This document shows positions 38,918 to 49,742 of a DNA stretch of 64,000 nucleotides, in pieces (within the stretch, counting starts at the first letter, position 1; the number at the start of each line of letters is the position of its first letter). The notes beneath the pieces are model-generated. The model saw only the letters and a program-made list of their open reading frames with translations, did not search any database and was not told the origin of the DNA. Source of the DNA: an uncultured delta proteobacterium (GTDB lineage: Bacteria > Myxococcota > Myxococcia > Myxococcales > Anaeromyxobacteraceae); NCBI GenBank assembly GCA_963766715.1, contig CAVYBH010000008.1:416001-480000 (forward strand), given 5' to 3'. The position numbers and the translations under genes are program-made.

Positions 38918-39854
38918 AGGCTCCCGCCAGGTGCGCCATCGCCTCGGCCAGCTCGGGGGGCAGCGGGCTCTGCACCTCGACCAGGCCGCCCTCCGGCCGC
39001 TCGAACTCGAGCTTCCAGGCGTGCAGGAAGTGGCGGTCGAGCCCGGGCAGCGCGGCGGCGGCGCCGCCGTAGTCGAGGTCGCCCGCCACCGGATGGCCGA
39101 GGTAGGACAGGTGGGCCCGGATCTGGTGCATGGTGCCGGTGGGGATGCGCACCTCGAGCAGCGTGTGCCGCTCGAAGGGACGGGCCACCTCCCAGCGCGT
39201 CTCGGCCTGCCTGGGCGTCCCGGTCCGGGAGGGGAGCCGGTCGCCGCGCCCCTCGTCCGGGACCGGGACCGAGCGGCCGCCGCGCTGCGCGAGCGGCACC
39301 GAGCAGACGCCGCCGGACGACACGCGGCCCGCCACCAGCGCCAGGTAGACCTTCACGACGGTCCGCTCGACGAACTGGCGGCGCAGGTGGCCCCAGGCCT
39401 CCCGGTCGCGCGCGAAGAGGACGCAGCCGCTGGTGTCGGCGTCGAGCCGGTGGACGGCGCCGCCCTCGCGCGGGTCCTGCGACGCCTGGGCGCACTCGGG
39501 GTACTCGGCGACGACGGCGTTCGCGAGCGTGCCCCGCTCGCCGGCGCGCAGCGGGTGGGTGGCCACGCCGGCCGGCTTGTCGGCCACGATCCAGCGGGCG
39601 CCGCCGGCCAGCACGTGGAGGGGATCGCCGGCGTCGGGCTCGGGCGCACCGGCCGGCCCCTCGATCTCGATGGCCACGAGCCCCCCGGGCCGGGCCGGAT
39701 CGCTGGCGCGGGCGCGGCGACCGTCCACCCGCACGAGCCCCAGCTGGAAGGCCTGCTTCACGGCCGCGCGGCCCACGCCGAGCGCGTCGGCCACGGCGCG
39801 GTCGAGCCGGCCGGTGGCCTCGGGCGGAAGCTGCACCTCGCGTCGCGTCGTCAT
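38916..39854 (-). CDS. RluA-family pseudouridine synthase with S4-like domain
   Basis: DKPAG, VHRLDADTSG, KVYLALV, TGTMHQIRAHLSYLGHPVAGD and FLHA motifs. Confidence 0.92.
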   Translation of the reverse strand: MTTRREVQLPPEATGRLDRAVADALGVGRAAVKQAFQLGLVRVDGRRARASDPARPGGLVAIEIEGPAGAPEPDAGDPLHVLAGGARWIVADKPAGVATHPLRAGERGTLANAVVAEYPECAQASQDPREGGAVHRLDADTSGCVLFARDREAWGHLRRQFVERTVVKVYLALVAGRVSSGGVCSVPLAQRGGRSVPVPDEGRGDRLPSRTGTPRQAETRWEVARPFERHTLLEVRIPTGTMHQIRAHLSYLGHPVAGDLDYGGAAAALPGLDRHFLHAWKLEFERPEGGLVEVQSPLPPELAEAMAHLAGA

Positions 39855-39864
39855 CCGGCCTCCC

Positions 39865-40893
39865 TCAGCCGAAGAAGACCTCGGCGATGTCGTAGAGCCC
39901 CGGGTCGATGAGGTGGAGCTCCTTCGTGGCCTCGGCGAGCGGCACCGCCACGATGTCGTCGCCGCGGAGCGCGGCCATGAGGCCGAAGCGCCCCGCCTTC
40001 ACCAGGTCGCAGGCGAAGACCCCGTAGCGCGTGGCGAGCACGCGATCCCGCGCGGTGGGCGTCCCGCCGCGCTGGATGTGGCCGAGGACGGTGACCCGGG
40101 CCTCGAAGGTGGTCTCCCGCTCGATCTCCTTCGCCAGGTAGGCGCCGATGCCGCCGAGCCGGACGTGCCCGAAGTCGTCGAGCTCGTCGGACACGGTGGT
40201 CTCCTTGCTGCGCGCCATCTTGGCCCCCTCGGCCACCACCACGATCGAGAAGTGGCGGCCGCGCTTCTGCCGGGCGCGGATGTGGCGGACGACGTCCTGC
40301 AGGTCGATGGGGCGCTCGGGGACCAGGATCACGTCGGCCCCGCCCGCGATCCCGGCGTGCAGCGCGATGTGCCCGGCGTGCCGCCCCATGACCTCGCAGA
40401 CGATGACCCGGCTGTGGGCCTCCGCGGTGGAGTGGAGCCGGTCGATGGCCTCGGTGGCGATGGTCACCGCGGTGTCGAAGCCGAAGGTGTAGTCGGTGCC
40501 GGAGAGGTCGTTGTCGATGGTCTTGGGGACGCCGACCACCTTCATGCCCAGCTCCTCGTGGAAGCGGGTCGCGACGCCCAGGGTGTCCTCGCCGCCGATG
40601 GCCACCACCGCGGCGATGTGGTGGCGGGCCAGGGTGTCCATCACCATCTTCGGGCCGTCGGGGCGCTTGAAGGGGTTGGTCCGGGACGTGCCCAGGATGG
40701 TTCCGCCGAGCTGGAGGATGCCGGAGGTGTTCTGCCGGGTGACCCGGAAGTGGTCGTCCTCGAGCAGCCCCTTCCAGCCGTCCCGGACGCCGGTGAACTC
40801 GAAGCCGTGCTGCTCCCCGCGCCGGACCACGGCGCGGATCACGGCGTTGAGTCCGGGGCAGTCTCCGCCTCCGGTGAGGATGGCGACCTTCAC
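39865..40893 (-). CDS. pfkA: 6-phosphofructokinase
   Basis: LTGGGDCPGLNAVIR, GGTILGTSR, PKTIDND, EVMGRHAG and LGHIQRGG motifs. Confidence 0.95.
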   Translation of the reverse strand: MKVAILTGGGDCPGLNAVIRAVVRRGEQHGFEFTGVRDGWKGLLEDDHFRVTRQNTSGILQLGGTILGTSRTNPFKRPDGPKMVMDTLARHHIAAVVAIGGEDTLGVATRFHEELGMKVVGVPKTIDNDLSGTDYTFGFDTAVTIATEAIDRLHSTAEAHSRVIVCEVMGRHAGHIALHAGIAGGADVILVPERPIDLQDVVRHIRARQKRGRHFSIVVVAEGAKMARSKETTVSDELDDFGHVRLGGIGAYLAKEIERETTFEARVTVLGHIQRGGTPTARDRVLATRYGVFACDLVKAGRFGLMAALRGDDIVAVPLAEATKELHLIDPGLYDIAEVFFG

Positions 40894-40928
40894 GTGGGCA
40901 ACCTCCGATTCGAGCGTTCCCCCGTCCT

Positions 40929-41562
40929 CTATCGTCCCGGGCGGCCCCGGGCAAGCGCCCGGCCGGGCGGAGGGCTCTTCATCCGCACCAGCCCCAGGAA
41001 GAGCTGCTTCTCGGTGTAGGTGCGCCGGCCGCCGTACTCCCCCACCCGGTAGAAGCCCACCGGGCGCTCCAGCCACATGCGCGCCCGCACCACTCCACTG
41101 TAGGTGAATGGGGCGAGGACCTCCTCGGGAGCCTGCGCGAGGTAGCGGTCGCGCAGCGCCCGGATGCGCCTCTCGTAGCGGGCCCGGGGCAGGCGGGTGT
41201 GGAGGCGGCCGCGGTGGAGCGTCCCGTCGAAGCGCTCGCTGGCGTGGTAGAGCTCGTGCAGCACCGTCGAGACCCGCTGCTCGGGCGTGGAGCCGCGGAA
41301 CCAGAGCGGCCGCAGGGTGATGACGTAGAGGATCTTCGCGGCCCTGGATGCGGATGAGGGGCTTGCGCCGGCCGCCCCGGCCGCCGCGGGCCCGGGTCTC
41401 GCGGAAGTGGGCCGGGCGGATGGTGGCGCGCGAGGCGCGCCGGGCCTCCCCCGCCACCACCAGGATGCGGGCCGGCTTCACGTGGGCCAGCTCGGGCAGG
41501 CGGGCCGCCAGGTCGCGGATCAGCCGTTTCACGGCAAGTGTCATGTGCGGGCGGCGCGCCAC
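40929..41562 (-). CDS. Basic HExxH putative zinc metallopeptidase; apparent frameshift near 41335
   Basis: Reconstructed ILYVITLRPLWFRGSTPEQRVSTVLHELYH. Confidence 0.6.
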
Positions 41563-41664
41563 CCGTCATCGATATCGCCGTGGCCGCGCCCCGACAAGTG
41601 GCGCCTCGGGTCCCCCCGAGAGTCCTTGTCCCCCACCGGGGTGGAGCACTAGGATGCCGGAGCC

Positions 41665-41970
41665 ATGATCGCCTTCGCCCTCGGCGTCCTCTTCGCGGTC
41701 CCCGTGACCCTCGCCGTGGTGGCCCTGCGCGGGTTCCGGCTTCGCGGCGCCGAGGCCGAGGGGCTGGCCGAGCAGGTCCGGGGCATCGCCGCCCGGGTCG
41801 AGTCGGTGGAGGCGGAGGTGTCCCGCACCGCCCTGCGCGCCGACGTGGCCGAGACGGTGCTGATCGAGAAGGGCGTCGCCGACGAGGAGGACCTCGAGGA
41901 GGCGCGGCGGTACTTCGAGCAGAACACCCAGCCCCGCTACGACCGGCAGCGGGACGGCAACCTGCACTGA
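41665..41970 (+). CDS. Hypothetical membrane-anchored coiled-coil protein
   Basis: N-terminal TM helix, acidic helical C-terminus, GGAG RBS. Confidence 0.7.
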   Translation: MIAFALGVLFAVPVTLAVVALRGFRLRGAEAEGLAEQVRGIAARVESVEAEVSRTALRADVAETVLIEKGVADEEDLEEARRYFEQNTQPRYDRQRDGNLH

Positions 41971-41971
41971 C

Positions 41972-42605
41972 CTAGCGGCGAGGCGGGCGGCCCGGGCGCT
42001 CCGTCCGTTCCGCCCTCGGGGCCCTGCCGCTCCGGGTCCCGCGTTCCGTCCGCGTCGTCCTGTGTCCGGGTTCCGCGCTCCGTCCGCGTCGTCCTGTCGT
42101 TCCGCGTCGTCCGCTCCGCCCTCGGGGACCTGTCGCTGCGCTCGGTCCTCGACGTCCGGGCCGCCCGCGACATCCGCTCGGCGCGGGTGGAGCGAGCCGG
42201 CCGGTTCGCTCGTGCCAGCTCCGCGGCCTTCGCCTGGCGCTCGGCCCGCGTCGGGGCCGCGACGCGGGGGAGCGCGGGCAACGGCTCGTAGCGGGGCTTC
42301 TTCGGATGCCGCCGGTACAGGAGCAGGGTCCGGCCCAGGATCTGGGCGAGCTGGGCTCCCTCGGCGCCTGCCAGGAGCGCTTCGGCGGTCTCGAACCAAT
42401 CCTCCGGGGTCTCGGTGCCGGCCTTCACCTTCACGAGCTCGTGGTCGAGCAGCGCGCGGTCGAGCTGCCGCAGCACCGCCTCGGTCACCCCTTCCTTCCC
42501 GACCTGGACGATGGGCGAGAGATGGTGGCCTGCGCCGCGGAGCTGGCGGCGCAGGGGCGACGAGGGCATGAGCGAGCGCTTCTTCGGGTTCTTCGGATCG
42601 GGCAC
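41972..42605 (-). CDS. yhbY: YhbY/CRM-domain RNA-binding protein with a repetitive Arg-rich tail; frameshifts in the tail
   Basis: LRGAGHHLSPIVQVGKEGV, ALLDHELVKVK and QILGRTLLLYR motifs. Confidence 0.85.
42000..42250 (-). repeat. Degenerate 18-nt-period coding repeat in the yhbY tail
   Basis: Hexapeptide period RAERMS/RTERSD/RAERTT/RNDRTT/RTERGT. Confidence 0.6.
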
Positions 42606-42607
42606 GT

Positions 42608-44331
42608 TCACCTCTTGAGGAAGCGGAGCTCGCGCTCCAGCTCGGGATCCTGCACCTGCTCGAGTCCCCGCTTCCAGTGGCGCTCGGCGGCGGGGAGGTC
42701 GCCGGTGATCTTGGCCATGCGGCCGAGGAAGATCCAGCCCGCCACGCACAGGGGGCTCTTCTCGAGCGCTGCGGCGATGCCCTTCTCCGACACCGCCCTC
42801 TGGGAGCGGCGCTGCACGTCGGGCGCGACCAGGAACTCGAGCCAGCTCTTCCACACGTGGTACTCGGGCTCCTCGTCGTAGAGGGCGATGGCCTCGTTCA
42901 CCTTCTGGAGCGCCTCGGCGTAGGAGCGGGATCCGACGAGGGACGCCACCTTCTCGAACGCCTGCTCGGCCTGGTAGATGCGGCCGATGTCGACCTGGGC
43001 GCCCTTCCCGGTGCGGAGCTCCTCCAGGTAGGCGAGCCGCGCCGCGTCGTTCTCGAGGGCCGCCCAGGCCGCCGCCACCCGCGCGAAGATGTCGGCGCGC
43101 AGCGCCCTCGCCTCCTCCGGCTCGCCCTCCTTGGCGGCGTCGGGGTGGAAGGTGCGCGCCAGCTGGAAGTAGGCCGCCTTGATGCGCCCGGCGTCGGCGT
43201 CCCGGCCGACGCCCAGGACCTGGAAGTGGTCGGCGCCGTGGAGGCGGTCGGCGGCGGCGCGGAGCGACTCGAGGGTGGGCGCTTCCGCGGGCGCCGGCTT
43301 CGGGGGCGGCCCCTTCGAGGCGGGAGCCGCCGCAGGGCGCGGCGCCGGGCTCGGGGGAGCGGCCGGGGCCCGCGCCGGGGCGACGGCGCCGGAGCCGGAG
43401 GGCGCGGGGGAGCGGCCGCGGGCGCCGGAGGGGGAGGCGCGGCCCGGGGCGGGGTCGGAGCGGGCTTCGCGACCCCGATGCGGGGCTCGCCGAAGGTCGC
43501 GAGCTCGGTCTCCGCGAGCAGCAGCACCACCCGCCGGAGCGCGTCGGCGTCGGCCGGGGAGGCGGCGCAGAGCTCCTCCAGGCTGCGCACCCCGTCGATC
43601 TGGCTGGCGGCCCTGGCCTCCTGCGGGTTCAGCATCAGGTCGGGCAGGTCCACGCGCCCGCGGGCGCGCGCCATCGCCAGCGCCCCGCGCACGCCCAGGC
43701 GCGCCTGGACCGCCGCCGGGTCGAGCCGGCGAACCGCGTCGGTGAGGATTCCCCACCGGCTGCCGATCGGGAAGCCGAACGGGGGCGGGGGAACGCCGGG
43801 CTCCCAGCGCCAGTTCCCGCCCTCGGCCTGGAGGGCCAGCCAGACCAGCCCGGCCCCGTGCTCCTTCAGGTCCAGGAACCGGGCCGCCGGGTCGAGCAGG
43901 CGCAGCTCCACGAGCGCCCCCAGGACCTCTCCGTCGAAGGTGGGCGCGAGCTGCCGGGCGTCCGCGGCCTGCTCCGCCCCGAGGAGGCCCCGGCGGACCA
44001 GGAACCCGGCCAGGTCGTCCTGCTCCCGGCTCGAGTAGACGTGCTCGACGATGCCGCGCCGGTAGGTGAGCGCCCAGGTGTTCTCGCCCACCGACACGAC
44101 GAGCCGCCCGGAGGCCTGCGTCGAGGCGGCGAGGTAGTGGAGGTGGAGGGCGCTCTTCTCGAGGAGGGAGCCCTCGATCGGAAGCCCGGCCGCGATGGCG
44201 GAGGCCGCGGTGACCTCCGGGGCGGAGAGACCGTGGCTGGCGCCGGGCGCCGGCGGCGCGGGAGGCGTCGCCGGGGCCCGCTGAAGGACCGGCGGACCCG
44301 GTCCGTTCGCGCTTTTCGGCTCGCCGCTCAC
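42608..44331 (-). CDS. Multidomain J-domain protein (DUF4388-like N-region, Pro-rich linker, J domain, TPR); apparent frameshifts near 43430-43480
   Basis: DHFQVLGVGRDA...YFQLARTFHPD (HPD motif); TPR-like C-terminus. Confidence 0.75.
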
Positions 44332-44337
44332 CGGCGG

Positions 44338-46190
44338 CTAGACTACCACCGTCTCCCGGTACTCGCCGAAGACGTCGCGCATCGCGTCGGAGATCTCGCC
44401 CAGGGTGGCGCTGGCCTTCACCGCGGCCAGGATGAGGGGCATCAGGTTGTCGGTGCCCTTCGCACCCGCGCGCACCGCGTCGACCGCCTGCTTCGCCGCG
44501 GTGTTGTCGCGCCGGGCCCGCAGCGCCTTCACGCGGGCGACCTGGGCCGCCTCGAGCGCCGGGTCGACGCGCATCACCGTCACCGGCGGCTCGGCCGTCT
44601 TGTAGGCGTTCACGCCCACCACCACCTGCTCCTTGTCCTCGACCTGCCGCTGCCAGGCGTAGGCGGCGTCCTGGATCTCCCGCTGCACGAACCCCTGGGA
44701 GATGGCCTCGACCATGCCGCCCATCGCGTCGATCTTGGCGATGTAGTCGACGGCCTTCCCCTCGATCTCGTCGGTCATGGCCTCGATGGCCCACGAGCCG
44801 CCCAGCGGGTCGATCACGTCGGCGACCCCCGACTCGTTGGCGATGATCTGCTGGGTGCGCAGCGCCAGCAGCGCGGACGACTCGGTGGGGAGCCCCAGCG
44901 CCTCGTCGCGCGAGTTGGTGTGGAGCGACTGCGTCCCGCCCAGCACCGCCGCGAGCGCCTGGAGCGTGACGCGGACCACGTTGTTCTCGGGCTGCTGCGC
45001 GGTGAGCATCGAGCCGGCCGTCTGGGTGTGGAAGCGCAGCATCCAGGAGCGCGGGTCCTTGGCCTTGAACCGCTCCTTCATGATGCGGGCCCAGAGGCGG
45101 CGGGCGGCGCGGAACTTGGCCACCTCCTCGAGCACGTTGTTGTGGGCGTTGAAGAAGAAGGAGAGGCGCCCGGCGAAGTCGTCGACGTCGAGGCCGGCCT
45201 TCTCGGCCGCCTCCACGTAGCTGATGCCGTCGGCCAGCGTGAAGGCCACCTCCTGCACGGCGGTCGAGCCGGCCTCGCGGATGTGGTAGCCGGAGATGGA
45301 GATGGGGTTCCACTTGGGCATCACCTTCGCGGTGTAGGCGAAGATGTCGGTGATGATGCGGATCGACGGCCGGGGCGGGTACACGTAGGTCCCGCGGGCC
45401 GCGTACTCCTTCAGGATGTCGTTCTGGATGGTGCCCTGCAGCTCGGAGGCGGCCACGCCCTGCTTCTCGGCCACGGCCTGGTAGAGGGCGAGCAGGATCC
45501 CGGCCGTCGAGTTGATGGTCATCGACGTGGAGACCTTCCCGAGCGGGATCTGGTCGAAGAGCGTCCCCATGTCGTCGATCGAGTCGATGGCCACGCCCAC
45601 CTTGCCCACCTCGCCGAGCGCGCGGGGGTGATCGGAGTCGCGCCCCATCTGCGTGGGGAGGTCGAAGGCCACCGACAGGCCGGTCTGCCCGGACTGGAGC
45701 AGGTAGCGGTAGCGCTTGTTCGACTCCTCGGCGGTCCCGAAGCCGGCGTACTGCCGCATGGTCCAGAACCGGCCGCGGTACATCGTGGGCTGTACACCCC
45801 GGGTGAACGGGTAGTCGCCGGGGAAGCCGAGCCGGCCGTCGAGGCCGGGCGAGACGTCGTCCGGCCCGTAGACCGGCTGGAGCGTGCCGCCGCTCGTGGT
45901 CCGGAAGCCCTTCTTGCGCTCGGGCGCCTTCGCGACGGCCTTGGCGTAGGGACCGGCGAGCCAGGCCTTCCCGGCGGACGCGCCCGCCTTCGGAGCGGAC
46001 GCGGCGCGGGGGGCGTGGCCTTCGTGCGGCCTTGGGCGGCCTTCGGTGCGGCCTTCGGGGCCGGCTTCGACCTCGGCAGGGCCTTCGCGCGGGGCGCGGC
46101 CTTCCGCGCCGCCTTCGGGGCGGGCTTGCGTGCGGCCTTCGCCGCGGGACGGGGGGCTGCCTTGCGTGCCGGGGAACGCTTCTTCGCCAT
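44338..46190 (-). CDS. Methylmalonyl-CoA mutase substrate-binding subunit with a Lys/Ala/Pro-rich N-terminal tail; apparent frameshift near 46000-46020
   Basis: [51 protein letters not shown] and [11 protein letters not shown] motifs; no B12-binding domain. Confidence 0.92.
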
Positions 46191-46369
46191 GGTGATGCCT
46201 CCGCTCTTGCCCGAGGGTCGCCAACGGGGGCGCCGCCCTCCACCGGGCTGGCCAAGATACCGAGAGCCAGCGGGGGGCGTCTACCGCCAAAGGTGCAACG
46301 CCTCGCGTCATCGGAGGGCCCCGCGAGGCCCCCTTCCCCGCCCCCGGCGACCCGTGCTACCCGGGCCCC

Positions 46370-47570
46370 ATGCGAATCCTCGTCGCCGATGCGTTCCCGA
46401 AGGAGCGGCTGGACGACTTCCGGGCCCTGGGGCTCGAGGTCGACCACCAGCCGACGGTAGCGGTGAAGGACCTTCCCGCCGCGGCCCGCGAGGCCCGGGT
46501 CCTGGTGGTCCGGGGCAAGCAGGTCCCGGCCGAGGTCTTCGCCTGCGGCGCACGCGCTGTCGCTCGTGGTGCGGGCCGGCGCCGGGGTGAACACCATCGA
46601 CGTGCCGGCGGCGTCGCGGCGCGGCGTCTTCGTGGCCAACTGCCCGGGACAGAACTCGATCGCGGTCGCCGAGCTGGCCATCGGGCTGCTCGTGGCGCTC
46701 GACCGGCGCATCCCGGACAACGTGGCGCTCCTGCGCGCCGGCAAGTGGGACAAGAAGGGGTTCTCCGAGGCGGACGGCCTCTACGGGCGGACGCTGGGCG
46801 TCGCCGGGCTGGGCGCCATCGGCCGGGAAGTGGTCCGCCGCGCCCAGGCGCTGGGGATGAAGGTCGTCGCCTGGTCCCGGTCGCTCGACGACGCGAAGGC
46901 GAAGGAGCTCGGGGTGGAGCGGGCGGGCGACCTGGCCGAGCTCGCCCGGCGATCGCACGCCCTGTCGATCCACCTGCCGCTCTCGAAGGACACGCGGGGG
47001 GCCGTCTCCCGCGCGGTGCTCGAGGCGCTCCGGCCGGGGGGCATCTTCCTCAACACGGCCCGGGCCGAGGTGGTGGACCAGGAGGCGCTCCTCGAGCTGG
47101 CGCGGGCCGGGCGCATCCGGGTGGGGACCGACGTCTTCCCCGGCGAGCCGGAGAAGGGCCAGGCCGACTTCGACAGCGAGCTGGGCAAGCTGCCCAACGT
47201 CTACGGCACCCACCACATCGGCGCGTCGACCGCCCAGGCCCAGGACGCCATCGCGCGGGAGACGGTCCGCATCGTCGAGTCGTTCCTGCGGACGGGACGG
47301 GTCCCCAACTGCGTGAACGTGGCCCGCAGGACGCCGGCCCGGGCGCGGCTCGTGGTCCGGCACCTCGACAAGGTGGGCGTCCTCGCCAACGTCCTCGGGC
47401 TCATCCGGGAGGCCGGCATCAACGTCGAGGAGGTGCAGAACACGGTGTTCGAGGAGGCGCAGGCCGCCTCGTGCTCCATCGACCTCGACGAGAAGCCCCC
47501 GGCCGAGGTGCTGGAGCGGATCCGGTCCCGGAAGGACGAGATCCTCTTCGTGGACCTGGTCGATCTGTAG
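46370..47570 (+). CDS. serA: D-3-phosphoglycerate dehydrogenase-like enzyme with C-terminal ACT domain; apparent frameshift near 46550
   Basis: VRAGAGVNTID, NSIAVAEL, GLGAIG, NTAR, HHIGASTAQAQ and ACT HLDKVGVLA motifs. Confidence 0.8.
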
Positions 47571-47698
47571 GTGGCGGCCGACAGGGGTCCGCCGCGACTC
47601 GGAGTACGCGTCGACCTTACCCAAGCGCCGGATGGCTGAAATCCGGGGCACCTGGGATCGTTCCTCCTGCGCCTCGGTCCACGCCAGGAGGAAGAACG

Positions 47699-49729
47699 AT
47701 GACACGTGCCTCGAATGTGTCTCTCGCCACCCTGCTCGTCCTCCTGTCCGGCCTCTCCGCCGCCGGGTGCGGCGGATCGGGCGGCAGCACGCCGGTGATC
47801 CGCTCCATCGCCGTCAGTCCCGCCCCTCCCCGGCTCCTGGCCGGCGGCACGCTGCAGCTCGTGGCCACCGCCACCTGGTCGGACGGGAAGACCACCGACG
47901 TGACCTCCACGGTGGCGTGGACCTCCTCGGAACCCGTCGTGACGGTGAGCTCCTCCGGCCTCGCCGCGACGGCCGCCGCGACGCCGCTCGGGACGCCCTC
48001 CACGGTGACGGCCACCCAGGCCGGCACCGCCGGGACCGGGGCCCTGCAGGTGGCTCGCGCCCCGGCCATCGGGGTCGCGCTCTCCAACGACCCGCTGTCG
48101 GCGTCGGAGTGGTACCTGGACAACACGGGCCAGAAGGCCTACGCCGACGCCGTCGGGCTGGCCGGCATGGACCTGCGGGTCTCGAACGCCTACTCGCTCG
48201 GGATCTCGGGCGCCGGCGTCAAGGTGGCCGTGCTCGACACCGGCCTCCAGATCGGCCACGAGGACCTGGCGGCGAACGTCGTCCCGGGCTCCTGGAACTT
48301 CGTGAACGACACCGCCGACCCGACCCCTCCCGCCGACCAGGTGGGCGGGGATCACGGGACGAGCGTCAGCGGCATCGTCGCCATGGTGTACGGCAACTCG
48401 CTGGGCGGCATGGGCGTCGCGTCCCGCGCCTCGCTGAACGGCTACAACATCCTCGGGAAACAGACCCAGGTGAACTACCTGAAGGCGATGGGCGCCTCCT
48501 CGGCCAGCCCGGCCTCCAGCGACGTCTGGGTCTTCAACGAGAGCTACGGCACCGACTCCCTCTCTCCCGCTCCCGTCAACCCGGCGATCGAGGCCCAGTA
48601 CCTGGCCGGCGTGACCGACCTCCGCGGCGGCAAGGGCGCCCTGTACGTGAAGTCGGCGGGGAACGGCTTCCTGGACTTCAAGGACGACAACGACGTGCCA
48701 GCCGACTGCGTCGCGGCCAAGGCCCTCGGCGTCACCTGCCAGAACGCCAACATGGAGGGGGAGAACGCGTTGCCGTACGTGATCGTCGTGGGGGCGACGA
48801 ACGCCCTGGGGCTGCGGAGCAGCTACTCCACCGCCGGATCGGCCCTGTGGGTGAGCGCGCCCGGAGGGGAGTACGGCCGGAACGCGAGCACGTTCGGCAC
48901 CGGCTACCCGGCCTTCGTCTACCAGCCGGCGATGGTCACGACCGACCTCATGGGCTGCACCTCCGGCTACGCGCGGAGCGACAGCGACTGGAGCCCCTTC
49001 AACAAGGGGCAGGTCGACAACGCGAGCTGCAACTACGCCAACACCTTCAACGGCACCTCGTCGGCGGCGCCCTCCACCACCGGCTCGATCGCGCTCCTCC
49101 TCGAGGCGCGCCCCGCCCTCACCTGGCGCGAGGTGAAGCACATCCTCGCCTCCACCGCCCGGCGCGTCGACCCGGCCATCCAGGCGGTGACCGTGCCCCT
49201 CACCGGCGGCACGTACGTCGCCGAGCAGGCCTGGACGGCGAACCGGGCCGGGTTCTACTTCCACGACTGGTACGGGTTCGGCGCGGTGGACGTCGACGCC
49301 GCCGTGGAGATGGCCCGGACCTTCGTGGCCGGCTCGCTCGGCGCCTTCCAGCAGATCGCCTGGGTCGCGAGCGCTCCGCTCTCCCTCGCCATCCCCGACG
49401 CCAGCGCGGTCGGCGTCACCTCGACGCTCACGGTCCCGGCGACGCCTGCGAACCTCACCATCGAGGCGGTCCAGATCCAGTTCACGGCGTCCCACCCGGC
49501 TCCGGGGAACCTCGGGATCCTGCTCCAGAGCCCGTCCGGCACCACCAGCATCCTCCTCAACATCCGCAACGGCTTCGCGCCGGCCACGGGGGCGACCCAG
49601 ATGGTCCTCCTCTCCAACGCCTTCTACGGCGAGAGCGCCGCGGGGGTGTGGACCCTCAAGGTGGTGGATGGACTGGCGCAGGACGTCGGGACGTTCGACA
49701 GCTGGAAGATCCGCGTCTTCGGACACTGA
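47699..49729 (+). CDS. Lipoprotein S8 (kexin-like) serine protease with Ig-like and P domains
   Basis: Lipobox SAAGC; Ig-like LQLVATATWSDG; catalytic triad VAVLDTG / DHGTSVSG / FNGTSSAAP; KSAGN; LTWREVKHIL; YGFGAVD; P-domain ending GTFDSWKIRVFGH. Confidence 0.92.
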   Translation: MTRASNVSLATLLVLLSGLSAAGCGGSGGSTPVIRSIAVSPAPPRLLAGGTLQLVATATWSDGKTTDVTSTVAWTSSEPVVTVSSSGLAATAAATPLGTPSTVTATQAGTAGTGALQVARAPAIGVALSNDPLSASEWYLDNTGQKAYADAVGLAGMDLRVSNAYSLGISGAGVKVAVLDTGLQIGHEDLAANVVPGSWNFVNDTADPTPPADQVGGDHGTSVSGIVAMVYGNSLGGMGVASRASLNGYNILGKQTQVNYLKAMGASSASPASSDVWVFNESYGTDSLSPAPVNPAIEAQYLAGVTDLRGGKGALYVKSAGNGFLDFKDDNDVPADCVAAKALGVTCQNANMEGENALPYVIVVGATNALGLRSSYSTAGSALWVSAPGGEYGRNASTFGTGYPAFVYQPAMVTTDLMGCTSGYARSDSDWSPFNKGQVDNASCNYANTFNGTSSAAPSTTGSIALLLEARPALTWREVKHILASTARRVDPAIQAVTVPLTGGTYVAEQAWTANRAGFYFHDWYGFGAVDVDAAVEMARTFVAGSLGAFQQIAWVASAPLSLAIPDASAVGVTSTLTVPATPANLTIEAVQIQFTASHPAPGNLGILLQSPSGTTSILLNIRNGFAPATGATQMVLLSNAFYGESAAGVWTLKVVDGLAQDVGTFDSWKIRVFGH

Positions 49730-49742
49730 CAGGAGAAATGCC

